DNA from: Candidatus Heimdallarchaeota archaeon
GTDB lineage: Archaea; Asgardarchaeota; Heimdallarchaeia; Heimdallarchaeales; Heimdallarchaeaceae
Reading direction: 5' to 3'
DNA: 21,852 bases
NCBI GenBank assembly: GCA_021399395.1
Contig: JAAFKJ010000170.1
Coordinates: 1 to 21,852, forward strand
The notes under the pieces are model-generated. The model was not told the origin of the DNA. It made no database searches and saw only the letters and a program-made list of their open reading frames with translations. Positions 1 to 7,990 of this stretch are shown piece by piece. Position 1 is the first letter of the stretch, and each line of letters begins with the position of its first letter. Both the position numbers and the translations under genes were made by a program.

Positions 1-83
1 AAGAACCTGAGACATCAGCAACGATAGACCAAAAGTCTTCTCCACAAGAACCTGAGACATCAGCAACGATAGACCAAAAGTCT
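1..83 (+). repeat. In-frame 45-bp-period tandem repeat (15 aa unit)
   Basis: aagaacctgagacatcagcaacgatagaccaaaagtct occurs identically at 1-38 and 46-83. It encodes EPETSATIDQKS twice and may continue upstream of the window. Confidence 0.95.
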
Positions 84-416
84 GGAATTCAATCAGATGG
101 CACATACAAACCATCTAGTCCGGGGTGGTTAGCAAGGCCACAAGCTGCCAAAGAAGAAGAAATTAGAGAATCTCCTGAAGCTAAACAGGATAGCCCAAGT
201 TCCAAAGATCAGAAAGCTGGAATTAAATTGAAGAACATCTCATGTCCAAAGTGTTCTGAGGATGTTCCTTTGTTACAATATTGCAAATTCTGTGGACAAA
301 ATTTACTACGTAATTGTCCTACTTGTAATAAAGAAATTACTACTACTGCAAAGTTCTGCACTGGGTGTGGTACTAAAATAGAACCTCTTCTGGAAAAGAA
401 ACAAAGTGATGAGTAG
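1..416 (+). CDS. 5'-truncated protein with low-complexity/tandem-repeat linker and C-terminal double zinc ribbon (DZR)
   Basis: The frame of ORF 228..416 is open back to position 3 (EPETSATIDQKSSPQEPETSATIDQKSGIQ...), so the TTG at 228 is probably internal. The C-terminus has four CxxC pairs (CPKC, CKFC, CPTC, CTGC), typical of DZR/zinc-ribbon domains. Stop TAG at 414-416. Confidence 0.85.
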   Translation, partial: EPETSATIDQKSSPQEPETSATIDQKSGIQSDGTYKPSSPGWLARPQAAKEEEIRESPEAKQDSPSSKDQKAGIKLKNISCPKCSEDVPLLQYCKFCGQNLLRNCPTCNKEITTTAKFCTGCGTKIEPLLEKKQSDE

Positions 417-454
417 TAATTTCTACACAACCAATTTTTAAAAAATATATCCTG

Positions 455-3067
455 GTGAAAATAGTGAAACTTCCCAAACCATATGCAGCTATTTTGTTTA
501 ACTGGAACAAGGAGAAACGATCAGCTGACATTATCTATTTTGGTTTGCGTGATAAAAAAGAAAGAAGAGCACTAGTTCACACTAGATTACAATTCATTTA
601 TGAAAAAGGTAGAATGAGAGTCTATAAATATCTTAGACTTGGAAGAAGCACTAGTTTTTACATCAGACCTGGCTTTTCAACAGAAAATCTTCGTGATGCG
701 AATTATCTCCTTGTTCCCGATACTGATCTTCCCTGGGACAATAACGGATTAATCGAGTACTGTTCAACTTTTAAAATCTCTAAACCCAAAATTGTGCAAG
801 TCTGCTGGTCGTGTCTATTAAAAAGAAACAAATGGACAGTTTTGGAAACTGATTCAATCAAATACAAGGGTCATAGAATTTGTGAATATTGCAGTAAAAA
901 TGAATTAACAGCTGAACTACAGAAAAGCAATCTCTATGTTTCCGGTGGTTTGACAAAATTCTTCCAGCAACAAGCTCAGAGAGAGGGTAGTTTAGATAAT
1001 GTTCTAGAAAACATTTCGTTTGGTTCAGATCAAGATCCTGTAAGAAGACCTGATTCGACACTATTTGATATTATACCTGGAAAGAAAGCAGAAAGTGAGA
1101 TAAAGGTAAATTCCATAGATAAATTACCACGGAAATTCAGAGAGCAATTGGTAAGTGATGGAATCAAGACTCTGTTACCTGTACAAAAAGCAGCTATTGA
1201 TAGTGGATTGCTCACAAACAAGGATCTTCTTGTAGTTGCAGGAACTACCTCAGGTAAGACACTTGTCGGAGAGTTTGCTGGTATTCCCAAAGCGATGAAA
1301 GGGAAGAAATTCATATATCTATCACCTTTGGTTGCCCTTACAAATCAGAAATATGAGCAATTTAAGAAAAGATACAAACAATTAGAATTGAAGACAGCTA
1401 TTAGAGTTGGGATGAGCAGAATAAAAGTAGAGGGAGAATTCAAACCAATAATTGATGATCAGCTGAGAAATTCAAATATCGTAGTTGCAACATACGAAGC
1501 ATTTGATTTCTTGCTTAGAGATTCAAGAAAGAAGGATTTGGGGGAAATTGGTACTATTGTTATTGATGAGATTCAAATGCTGGTAGCAGAACAAAGAGGG
1601 TTCAGATTGAATGGTTTAATTGCGAGGTTGAAAGCATTGTTTCCAAAATCGCAGTTCATCTATCTTTCAGCTACAATAGGAAATCCAGAGGGGTTAGCTG
1701 AAGAGCTATCAGCTGATTGTGTAGAATATTTAGACAGACCTATCCCTCTTGAAAGACATACAGTTCTTACTGATAATGAAGCTGAAAGATTCGATCATTT
1801 ATACAATATTTGTAAGAATGAGGAAAAGGTGAGATCTAAAACAGGTTACAAAGGTCAAAGTTTAGTCTTTACCAATTCTCGAAAGAATTGTGAAGCACTA
1901 GCAAGAAAACTTAAACGAAGAGGGGTAAATTCAACCTATTACCACGCTGGTTTGACATATACTCACAGAAAACGAGTTGAGAGAGGTTTTGAAAAAGGCA
2001 GATACTCAACAGTTGTTACTACTATTGCGTTAGGTGCAGGAGTTGACTTTCCTGCTTCTGTTGTAATTTTTGAAAATCTTGCTATGGGTATTAAGTGGCT
2101 CTCTGTTGCCGAGTTTCATCAGATGCTTGGCAGAGCTGGTAGGTTTGGTTTCCATGCCAAAGGAAAAGTCTATTTACTCATCGAACCAGGTCGCAAAATA
2201 TTCGTAGGACAGAAAGAAACAGAGGAGCAAATAGCTTTCGGACTTCTCACCAAACCTATAGAAGATGTGGAACCTGTCTTAGATACAATTGAAGAAGAGG
2301 AGGAAGTTCTAGCAACTATTGTATCTTTTGATCAAGTTAATATTTCAGATGACAAGATGATTTTCGTTAACATCTTAGGAAGATCGAATCCATTAAGAGA
2401 AAATGTGAAATCACTAAGAAAAATGGAGTTGATTACTATCGAAGATAATGTTATCTCACCAACAAAGTTAGGAAGAGCCGTGTCACTCTCTTTTCTTTCT
2501 CCAGCATATGCGATTAGGATTGTTCAAGAAATTCAAAGAAAGAAAACAAAACACTATGAAGATGATTTCGCACTTACTTTAGCTATCAAAATCCGATCAT
2601 TTAGATCAGCTCATTTAGCTCCCCGTGTGCATGGAGATATTGAGAGAATACTCAAATCAACTATTTCTACAAATGTTTTTTCAGGAGCGATCCTAGATCT
2701 TTATTCAGGGGGTGGCTGGGGAAGTAACAATCCTTCAAAATTGGTAATTGATACTTTTAGCAATTGGACTAAGAACATTTTCACATGCAAGTGTGGAGAT
2801 AAACCATTCTGTGACTGTGGAGAAATAGCTTTCTCTAAAATTATTGTTGAATATCGTCAAAAAGGTTATTCTCCATCTCGTATATCAGATGAAATTAGGA
2901 AGAATTACAATATTCTAACTTATCCCGGAGATATCTACTCGTGGCTTGATTCCTTGGTTCATCATCTAAATGCAATTGAACGATTAGCAAAAGTTCTCGA
3001 CGAAGGCAAGTTACAGAAATCTGCTACTACGTTTACTAATGATATAGAGAATCCACAAATCGAATAG
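455..3067 (+). CDS. Archaea-specific superfamily II (Ski2-like, ASH/COG1202-type, DUF5814-like C-terminus) helicase
   Basis: Q-motif LLPVQ, motif I AGTTSGKT, Ia PLVALTNQKY, II DEIQ, III SAT, V ALGAGVDFPA, VI QMLGRAGR. N-terminal CWSC..CEYC zinc site and C-terminal CKCGDKPFCDCG cluster as in ASH-type helicases. GTG start. Confidence 0.9.
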   Translation: MKIVKLPKPYAAILFNWNKEKRSADIIYFGLRDKKERRALVHTRLQFIYEKGRMRVYKYLRLGRSTSFYIRPGFSTENLRDANYLLVPDTDLPWDNNGLIEYCSTFKISKPKIVQVCWSCLLKRNKWTVLETDSIKYKGHRICEYCSKNELTAELQKSNLYVSGGLTKFFQQQAQREGSLDNVLENISFGSDQDPVRRPDSTLFDIIPGKKAESEIKVNSIDKLPRKFREQLVSDGIKTLLPVQKAAIDSGLLTNKDLLVVAGTTSGKTLVGEFAGIPKAMKGKKFIYLSPLVALTNQKYEQFKKRYKQLELKTAIRVGMSRIKVEGEFKPIIDDQLRNSNIVVATYEAFDFLLRDSRKKDLGEIGTIVIDEIQMLVAEQRGFRLNGLIARLKALFPKSQFIYLSATIGNPEGLAEELSADCVEYLDRPIPLERHTVLTDNEAERFDHLYNICKNEEKVRSKTGYKGQSLVFTNSRKNCEALARKLKRRGVNSTYYHAGLTYTHRKRVERGFEKGRYSTVVTTIALGAGVDFPASVVIFENLAMGIKWLSVAEFHQMLGRAGRFGFHAKGKVYLLIEPGRKIFVGQKETEEQIAFGLLTKPIEDVEPVLDTIEEEEEVLATIVSFDQVNISDDKMIFVNILGRSNPLRENVKSLRKMELITIEDNVISPTKLGRAVSLSFLSPAYAIRIVQEIQRKKTKHYEDDFALTLAIKIRSFRSAHLAPRVHGDIERILKSTISTNVFSGAILDLYSGGGWGSNNPSKLVIDTFSNWTKNIFTCKCGDKPFCDCGEIAFSKIIVEYRQKGYSPSRISDEIRKNYNILTYPGDIYSWLDSLVHHLNAIERLAKVLDEGKLQKSATTFTNDIENPQIE

Positions 3068-3120
3068 CATATTGTTTTTTCGTCATATTTATCAATATGT
3101 AAACATTTTACCTTCATCCA

Positions 3121-4215
3121 ATGATTGTGCGAGACATTTACAAAAAAGATGAAGATATGGCTTTATCCATAGAAGATTTGGTAATGCTTATAGTAGGAAC
3201 CGTTGTTTTCGTATTAGCTTTTACCGATGTTAGAGCAGAATCTAATATTGTTTGGATTTCTTTTCTAGTTATAGTTCTCTTCATCGTGGGATGGGGATTT
3301 GTTCGATTCAGAAGAAGACCTCTACCAAAACAAGTTCATTATAAGAGAAGTATATATCTTCTACCAGTTAAGATACTTAGAAATTACCATCTACTTGCAT
3401 TAATTATTGAATATGCACTTATTCTATTTGGATATGTGCCCTTAGATACCAATGATGCCATAATTTCACTAATCTTTCATTTCTTCGCTCTATTCATATT
3501 AATGTTAATCGAGTTCGTTGGTCATGTAATCGTTTCTGATACTCTAGAAGTTTTAGTAAAACTTGATGAGGAAGAGGAATGGGAGTTCAAGAAAAAGAGA
3601 CAAAATATTCTATTTAACACTCAATTTTATATTTTCATTATAATAACAGGACTAGCTGGAGTAGGACTTTCCTTCTTCCCAATCAGATCTTTATTTAGCA
3701 TTGTAAGTATTTCAGTGAAAATTGTCCTATTAGTGATGCAGTTTGTTGCTCTTCTTGGTAGTGTTGCACTGTATATCTTTGTTTTTAACAAAACCATGAA
3801 TTTTGAGAAAATAAAAGATCCTAGCCTGATTTTGAAAGCTGTAAACTACTATGAATCTATGGATTTAGACGATAAAAGTTTTGCATTGCTTAACGATTAC
3901 ATTCAGAAGGATCCCTTGAATGTAGCAATTCTTTCTAAACTCTCAATCCTTCACACAAAACAAGGAAATTATGATAGAGTGTTGAAGTACACTGGCAAAG
4001 TCTTAGCAGAAATAGAAGAAAAACAATTGCATGTTCCACATATGACTTCACGAGCACATCTACTAAGAGCCATAAGTCTCAAGACTAAAGAGAAGTATAA
4101 AGAAGCTTACACTGAAGTAAATCAGTCGCTAACATATACTCCTGAAAATAATGCTGCCAGAAAATTAAGAAGAGATTTACGAAGAATTCTAAAAGCCAAA
4201 AAGTCAGAAAAATAG
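3121..4215 (+). CDS. Multipass membrane protein (about 6 TM helices) with C-terminal TPR repeats
   Basis: Six hydrophobic stretches in aa ~20-225. TPR-like segments follow (DPLNVAILSKLSILHTKQGNYDRVLKY; AHLLRAISLKTKEKYKEAYTEVNQSLTYTPENNAA). Alternative start at ATG 3157. Confidence 0.75.
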   Translation: MIVRDIYKKDEDMALSIEDLVMLIVGTVVFVLAFTDVRAESNIVWISFLVIVLFIVGWGFVRFRRRPLPKQVHYKRSIYLLPVKILRNYHLLALIIEYALILFGYVPLDTNDAIISLIFHFFALFILMLIEFVGHVIVSDTLEVLVKLDEEEEWEFKKKRQNILFNTQFYIFIIITGLAGVGLSFFPIRSLFSIVSISVKIVLLVMQFVALLGSVALYIFVFNKTMNFEKIKDPSLILKAVNYYESMDLDDKSFALLNDYIQKDPLNVAILSKLSILHTKQGNYDRVLKYTGKVLAEIEEKQLHVPHMTSRAHLLRAISLKTKEKYKEAYTEVNQSLTYTPENNAARKLRRDLRRILKAKKSEK

Positions 4216-4239
4216 AATAGGTTTTCCTCCCTCAATAAA

Positions 4240-4259
4240 CTTATATGATTTTAAAATCA
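4240..4259 (+). promoter_or_regulatory. Putative TATA box (CTTATAT) abutting a perfect 14-bp palindrome TGATTTTAAAATCA
   Basis: TATA-like element about 25-30 nt upstream of ATG 4271. The palindrome at 4246-4259 is read directly from the sequence. Confidence 0.45.
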
Positions 4260-4270
4260 CAGATAGATAG

Positions 4271-5149
4271 ATGAAACTTTGCTCTATTGATACATCACTG
4301 AATGAAGAGGTGAAAGCTAAAACAATAGCTGGAACTATCAATCTGGATGTTGCACAAGTTAAAATCAATATTGTAAAGAAAAGAGGTCCTGGTTTAGATA
4401 GAAAAACACTAGAAAGATCCCATGTTCTATTCATTAGTTTACCTCGCAAAAAGATCTCACAAGAAGAGTATATTGAGCTTATCTCATACATTGATATCGG
4501 TGGGTGTCTAGTTCTAACTCTTCCATCTCCGCCATGGACAGATTTGGGGAGATTCTTTGAGGAATTTAGAAAAGAAATAGGTATATCTTTTCAATCAAAA
4601 TACGTTTACGGACTCCCAAAAATCCCTAATGAAACAAGATTAATTGGATCTCAATTAACCATTACCAAAGCTCATGTAATAAATGCTGAAACTGATGAAG
4701 AATTCTTAAAAGAAAACGGAATAAAAGAACTTATTCCTCTTGCTCTCATGGATGATGAACCTGTGGTAATGGCGGCTTATAAAAGAAGAGGAAGATTTGT
4801 TATCTTTAGTTCTCCAGAAATTTTTGATACAGTAAATTCTGACTTTCTAAGTCGACTGATACTTCTTTCAAGCAAAAAAGAGAGTTATACTCTTTCCAAT
4901 GAAATAGAAAAAATTCAGATTGGCTCTTCAAATTTCTCAATGCTTTTACAACATGCTTGTTTAGATAGTTATTTATTATCATTATACCATTATAATTTTG
5001 CATTTCATAAAGAAATTATCAGTTTAGAGAAAGAGTCCGAACTACCACAAAGAATCTATTCAATAATCTTGAAGCAGAAAGTATTAAGTGAAAGACCTAA
5101 ACAGGAAGACATCCTAGAAACTTTGCAGAAATTCAAAGTTGAGAGTTGA
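4271..5149 (+). CDS. Cytoplasmic GIFT-domain (IFT52/GldG/DUF4350-like, class I GATase-like fold) protein
   Basis: LDRKTLERSHVLFISLPRKKISQEEYIELISYIDIGGCLVL, EIGISF and EPVVMAAYKRRGRFVIFSSPEIF..NSDFLSRLI follow the GIFT consensus in order. No signal peptide or TM helix. Confidence 0.7.
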   Translation: MKLCSIDTSLNEEVKAKTIAGTINLDVAQVKINIVKKRGPGLDRKTLERSHVLFISLPRKKISQEEYIELISYIDIGGCLVLTLPSPPWTDLGRFFEEFRKEIGISFQSKYVYGLPKIPNETRLIGSQLTITKAHVINAETDEEFLKENGIKELIPLALMDDEPVVMAAYKRRGRFVIFSSPEIFDTVNSDFLSRLILLSSKKESYTLSNEIEKIQIGSSNFSMLLQHACLDSYLLSLYHYNFAFHKEIISLEKESELPQRIYSIILKQKVLSERPKQEDILETLQKFKVES

Positions 5150-5154
5150 GATAA

Positions 5155-6222
5155 GTGTTAATAAAACGGATAATGATTATTACTGAAGCCGGAGTTCCTA
5201 TATTTGATTTTCAAGAATTTGCAAGAGGAGATGAAATTCTAGTTTCAGGATTAATCACTGCTATTTTGAGATTTATTGAGGAAACAGAGAAAGACAAACT
5301 TTCCAGACTATTACTCGAAGAAAGCCAATTTCTCATTACTTCTAAAGAAACACTTATTTTTATCTTCCAAATTGATGATGAAATGCCAGCTGATTATGCA
5401 GAATACGTTAGTAATTTTATCTCAGAGAGCTTTATTGAGAGGTTTAGTAAGGAGGTAAAACAATTTGCTGGAAATGTTAGTTTATTTCAAGAATTTCAGA
5501 CTCAATGTAAAACTATACTCTTACAGTGTGGTATAGAAATAGCTGATTCTTTAATGGAAAACAAGGAATCTCAAGATTTGCGAGCTTGGTGTCTATTTTC
5601 TAAAGAAAATGAACCTCTCATTGTGCATGCAAACTCTCCAAATTATAACATTGACAGTTTCACAATTTATCAGATATTAGGTAAAAGCTTTAGAAGAGTA
5701 GCCGCAAAGCTTAAAGATTGCTCTAAGGGGACTTGTTTTCATATAACACACCTAGGAAATTCAATTCAAACAATTGTTCTCCCAAATGTATTTTTTGTTT
5801 TAGAATCAAAAATAAGTGAATTTGAAGTTAAAAGATTTAAACAGTTTAAGATAAAGACTGCTCAACAGCTTCTAGATCACTTCGATAAGGTATACAAACC
5901 GAATAAAATTGATATTTTCAACAAAGATGGTATTTCGTCTACAACTAATTCTGAAATGAGTGATAATTACAAACTTATAGTAGATTTATTTAAAGCGGCT
6001 GAAAAAGGGTTTCAATATTTGTTCAATTCTCCAGTACACATTCAAATCCTTTGTACATCAAATAATTGTTTCCTCCACGTAAAATTAGTTAATCGTGTAA
6101 TTATTATGGAATACACAAACGAAATCTCTATTTCAGATTTACTTGAGAAAACTAAGAAGGTATTTGAAGCTGAAGTTACACTTATGGACGATAGCCCTGA
6201 ATTAGTGCTAGAAAAATCGTAG
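5155..6222 (+). CDS. Longin-domain protein with two further roadblock/longin-like domains
   Basis: aa 1-124 follow the longin pattern (IMIITEAGVPIF; DEILVSGLITAILRFIEE; FAGNVSLFQEF). aa ~127-232 and ~235-340 each show an alpha-beta-beta-alpha-beta-beta-beta-alpha roadblock-like pattern (e.g. KIDIFNKDGISS). GTG start 5 bp after the previous stop. Confidence 0.75.
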   Translation: MLIKRIMIITEAGVPIFDFQEFARGDEILVSGLITAILRFIEETEKDKLSRLLLEESQFLITSKETLIFIFQIDDEMPADYAEYVSNFISESFIERFSKEVKQFAGNVSLFQEFQTQCKTILLQCGIEIADSLMENKESQDLRAWCLFSKENEPLIVHANSPNYNIDSFTIYQILGKSFRRVAAKLKDCSKGTCFHITHLGNSIQTIVLPNVFFVLESKISEFEVKRFKQFKIKTAQQLLDHFDKVYKPNKIDIFNKDGISSTTNSEMSDNYKLIVDLFKAAEKGFQYLFNSPVHIQILCTSNNCFLHVKLVNRVIIMEYTNEISISDLLEKTKKVFEAEVTLMDDSPELVLEKS

Positions 6223-7186
6223 TAGCAGTTATATCTGCAGCTGTTCCTGGGTTTATGACTCTTTTATTCGAGGTTGTAAGGAATTCATTAAGTTCAGTTA
6301 TCAGTCCCAAACCATCTTGTGTAAATACTCCACCTGCTTTGATAATTTCCTTAGCTTTAATATTCACTTTAGAAGCAACCTCATTACCAAATCTTTTAGC
6401 AATATGAGTATCTTTCTTCTCGGACATCAATGTAATATAAGTCTGAGTAGTAGCTGTTTTGAAATTCTGATCTTCTTCATAACATCTAAGGAACGTAGGA
6501 AAACCGATTTTCATAGTAGTCTGGTATTTGTGAGAGAGTTCATAGAAAACCAAATCTCGTTCCTCATAGAATTTAGTGAATTCAAATAGATTTGTACGTT
6601 CAAGGTTGTGAATTTCTAAAAATGAATTGAAGTTATCTTCTTCTTTTTCAGATGGAAGAATATTCTTAGATACTGATTTATTGAGAGCTTTAGTTAGATA
6701 GATACAATCGTCTGTTGTTGAATTTTTAAGAAACTGTTCAGTAACGTAAATCACATTATCTAAGTTAATTTTAGCATTTGTTTTCATCCCTTCATTTGCA
6801 AAACAGTTTGCAATACCTAATGTTATAGGAGTAAACATCAACAGTGTCCCAAGAATTGTGTTTCCTGATGCTTTATACCAGGTTTGTGATTTCTCAAGAG
6901 CTTTTTCTATGTAATAACCTATTTCTGCATCTTCATACCACAGATGATTTTCAGCAACAAGAATTCCTCTCTTTGCTAAACCAAATATAGGTGAAAACAA
7001 ACTGCTAGCACCAGCAAGAAAGTGCTCTGATTTGGTATCTTGAAATTCATTCTTGAATGATGCGCCACCGGGTTTGGTATCATTAGCGTAAAATAGATTA
7101 TGTGCTAAAACAGCGCTTTGAGCAATAAACAGCTGTACATCCAGAACCTTTCCCTTAACTTCGTTCGATATCTCAGAGAAAGGCAT
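6182..7186 (-). CDS. citG: CitG-family triphosphoribosyl-dephospho-CoA synthase-like protein (archaeal type)
   Basis: Motifs TKPG, NTILGTLLMFTP, DTHIAKRFG and INPGTAADITATTIF match the CitG family. The 3' end overlaps the convergent longin gene by 41 bp. Confidence 0.85.
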   Translation of the reverse strand: MPFSEISNEVKGKVLDVQLFIAQSAVLAHNLFYANDTKPGGASFKNEFQDTKSEHFLAGASSLFSPIFGLAKRGILVAENHLWYEDAEIGYYIEKALEKSQTWYKASGNTILGTLLMFTPITLGIANCFANEGMKTNAKINLDNVIYVTEQFLKNSTTDDCIYLTKALNKSVSKNILPSEKEEDNFNSFLEIHNLERTNLFEFTKFYEERDLVFYELSHKYQTTMKIGFPTFLRCYEEDQNFKTATTQTYITLMSEKKDTHIAKRFGNEVASKVNIKAKEIIKAGGVFTQDGLGLITELNEFLTTSNKRVINPGTAADITATTIFLALIQGYRP

Positions 7187-7392
7187 TATGACTTGGTTAT
7201 GTAATAGCTATTTTGAATGATTCGGTTTTAGAGAAACTGATGTGTTAACTTATTATTCTGTTTTGTATGAGAGTAGCGTTAAGTTTAATTATGTTTCTTA
7301 CATCTATAACATGTAATGTTTCCGAAAGGGAATTGTCATATTTTTGTTGAAAGGCAACCTAATGTAGCTATTTTAATCATTTTATCTAATCG

Positions 7393-7971
7393 GTGATAAC
7401 TATGCACAAAAATGTAAGAAAAAGCGATTCGCTCGCTCATGCGACAGGATCTTTTATGGAGAGTCTTGAAGAAATGAACTCTCTTTGGAACACAGATATT
7501 TCAGAAATTTTAGAAATCAGTCCAAGTGTAATTGGTTTAATCAAGAAAATTATTTCTTCCAAAGATAAAACAGGAGTCAAGAAAAAAGAAATTATGGGTG
7601 AATTAACGAAACTGGGAGAGCTGTTTAACAATATGGAAAGAATTGATGCTCTCATGTATGACTTACTAATAGAAATTGATGGTCTCGATTTTCCTCTGAA
7701 GACAACTAGAAAACTTATGAAACTTAATAAAGAGGAAGTAGAAACAACCAAACTACTGCAAACTTTTGCACAGAATCTAAGCAAAACAATGGCATTCGTA
7801 GAAAGTGGTAATTTGGAAGAAGAATTACTTACAAGTTCATTGAAGTCATATAAAACGGCATATAATGACTATAATAGTATTGTTAAAAAAAGTAGGGAGT
7901 TATTGAAAAATTTGCATCTAGAGCTAGACAAGGAGCAACAAAAAGCACGAAAGTATGGTGACTTAGTCTAG
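7393..7971 (+). CDS. Hypothetical all-helical / coiled-coil protein
   Basis: 192-aa ORF with amphipathic heptad-like helices rich in E/K/L and no TM segment or recognisable motif. Start is GTG 7393 or ATG 7402. Confidence 0.7.
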   Translation: MITMHKNVRKSDSLAHATGSFMESLEEMNSLWNTDISEILEISPSVIGLIKKIISSKDKTGVKKKEIMGELTKLGELFNNMERIDALMYDLLIEIDGLDFPLKTTRKLMKLNKEEVETTKLLQTFAQNLSKTMAFVESGNLEEELLTSSLKSYKTAYNDYNSIVKKSRELLKNLHLELDKEQQKARKYGDLV

Positions 7972-7990
7972 ATCTTTCCTTTCTTTTTCT

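Noticed and set aside
1-83. 38-bp direct repeat as a CRISPR array
   Set aside because: The spacer is only 7 bp, the period is a multiple of 3 within an open reading frame, and there are no cas genes. It is a coding tandem repeat.
455-6222. Helicase + TPR + hypothetical genes as an anti-phage defence system
   Set aside because: The helicase is the housekeeping-type ASH/Ski2 family, and there is no nuclease, TIR/SIR2, methylase or mobility gene nearby.
7319-7370. Moco or c-di-GMP (GEMM) riboswitch suggested by CCGAAAGG and CCTAA
   Set aside because: The remaining conserved elements and stems are absent, and the downstream gene is unrelated.
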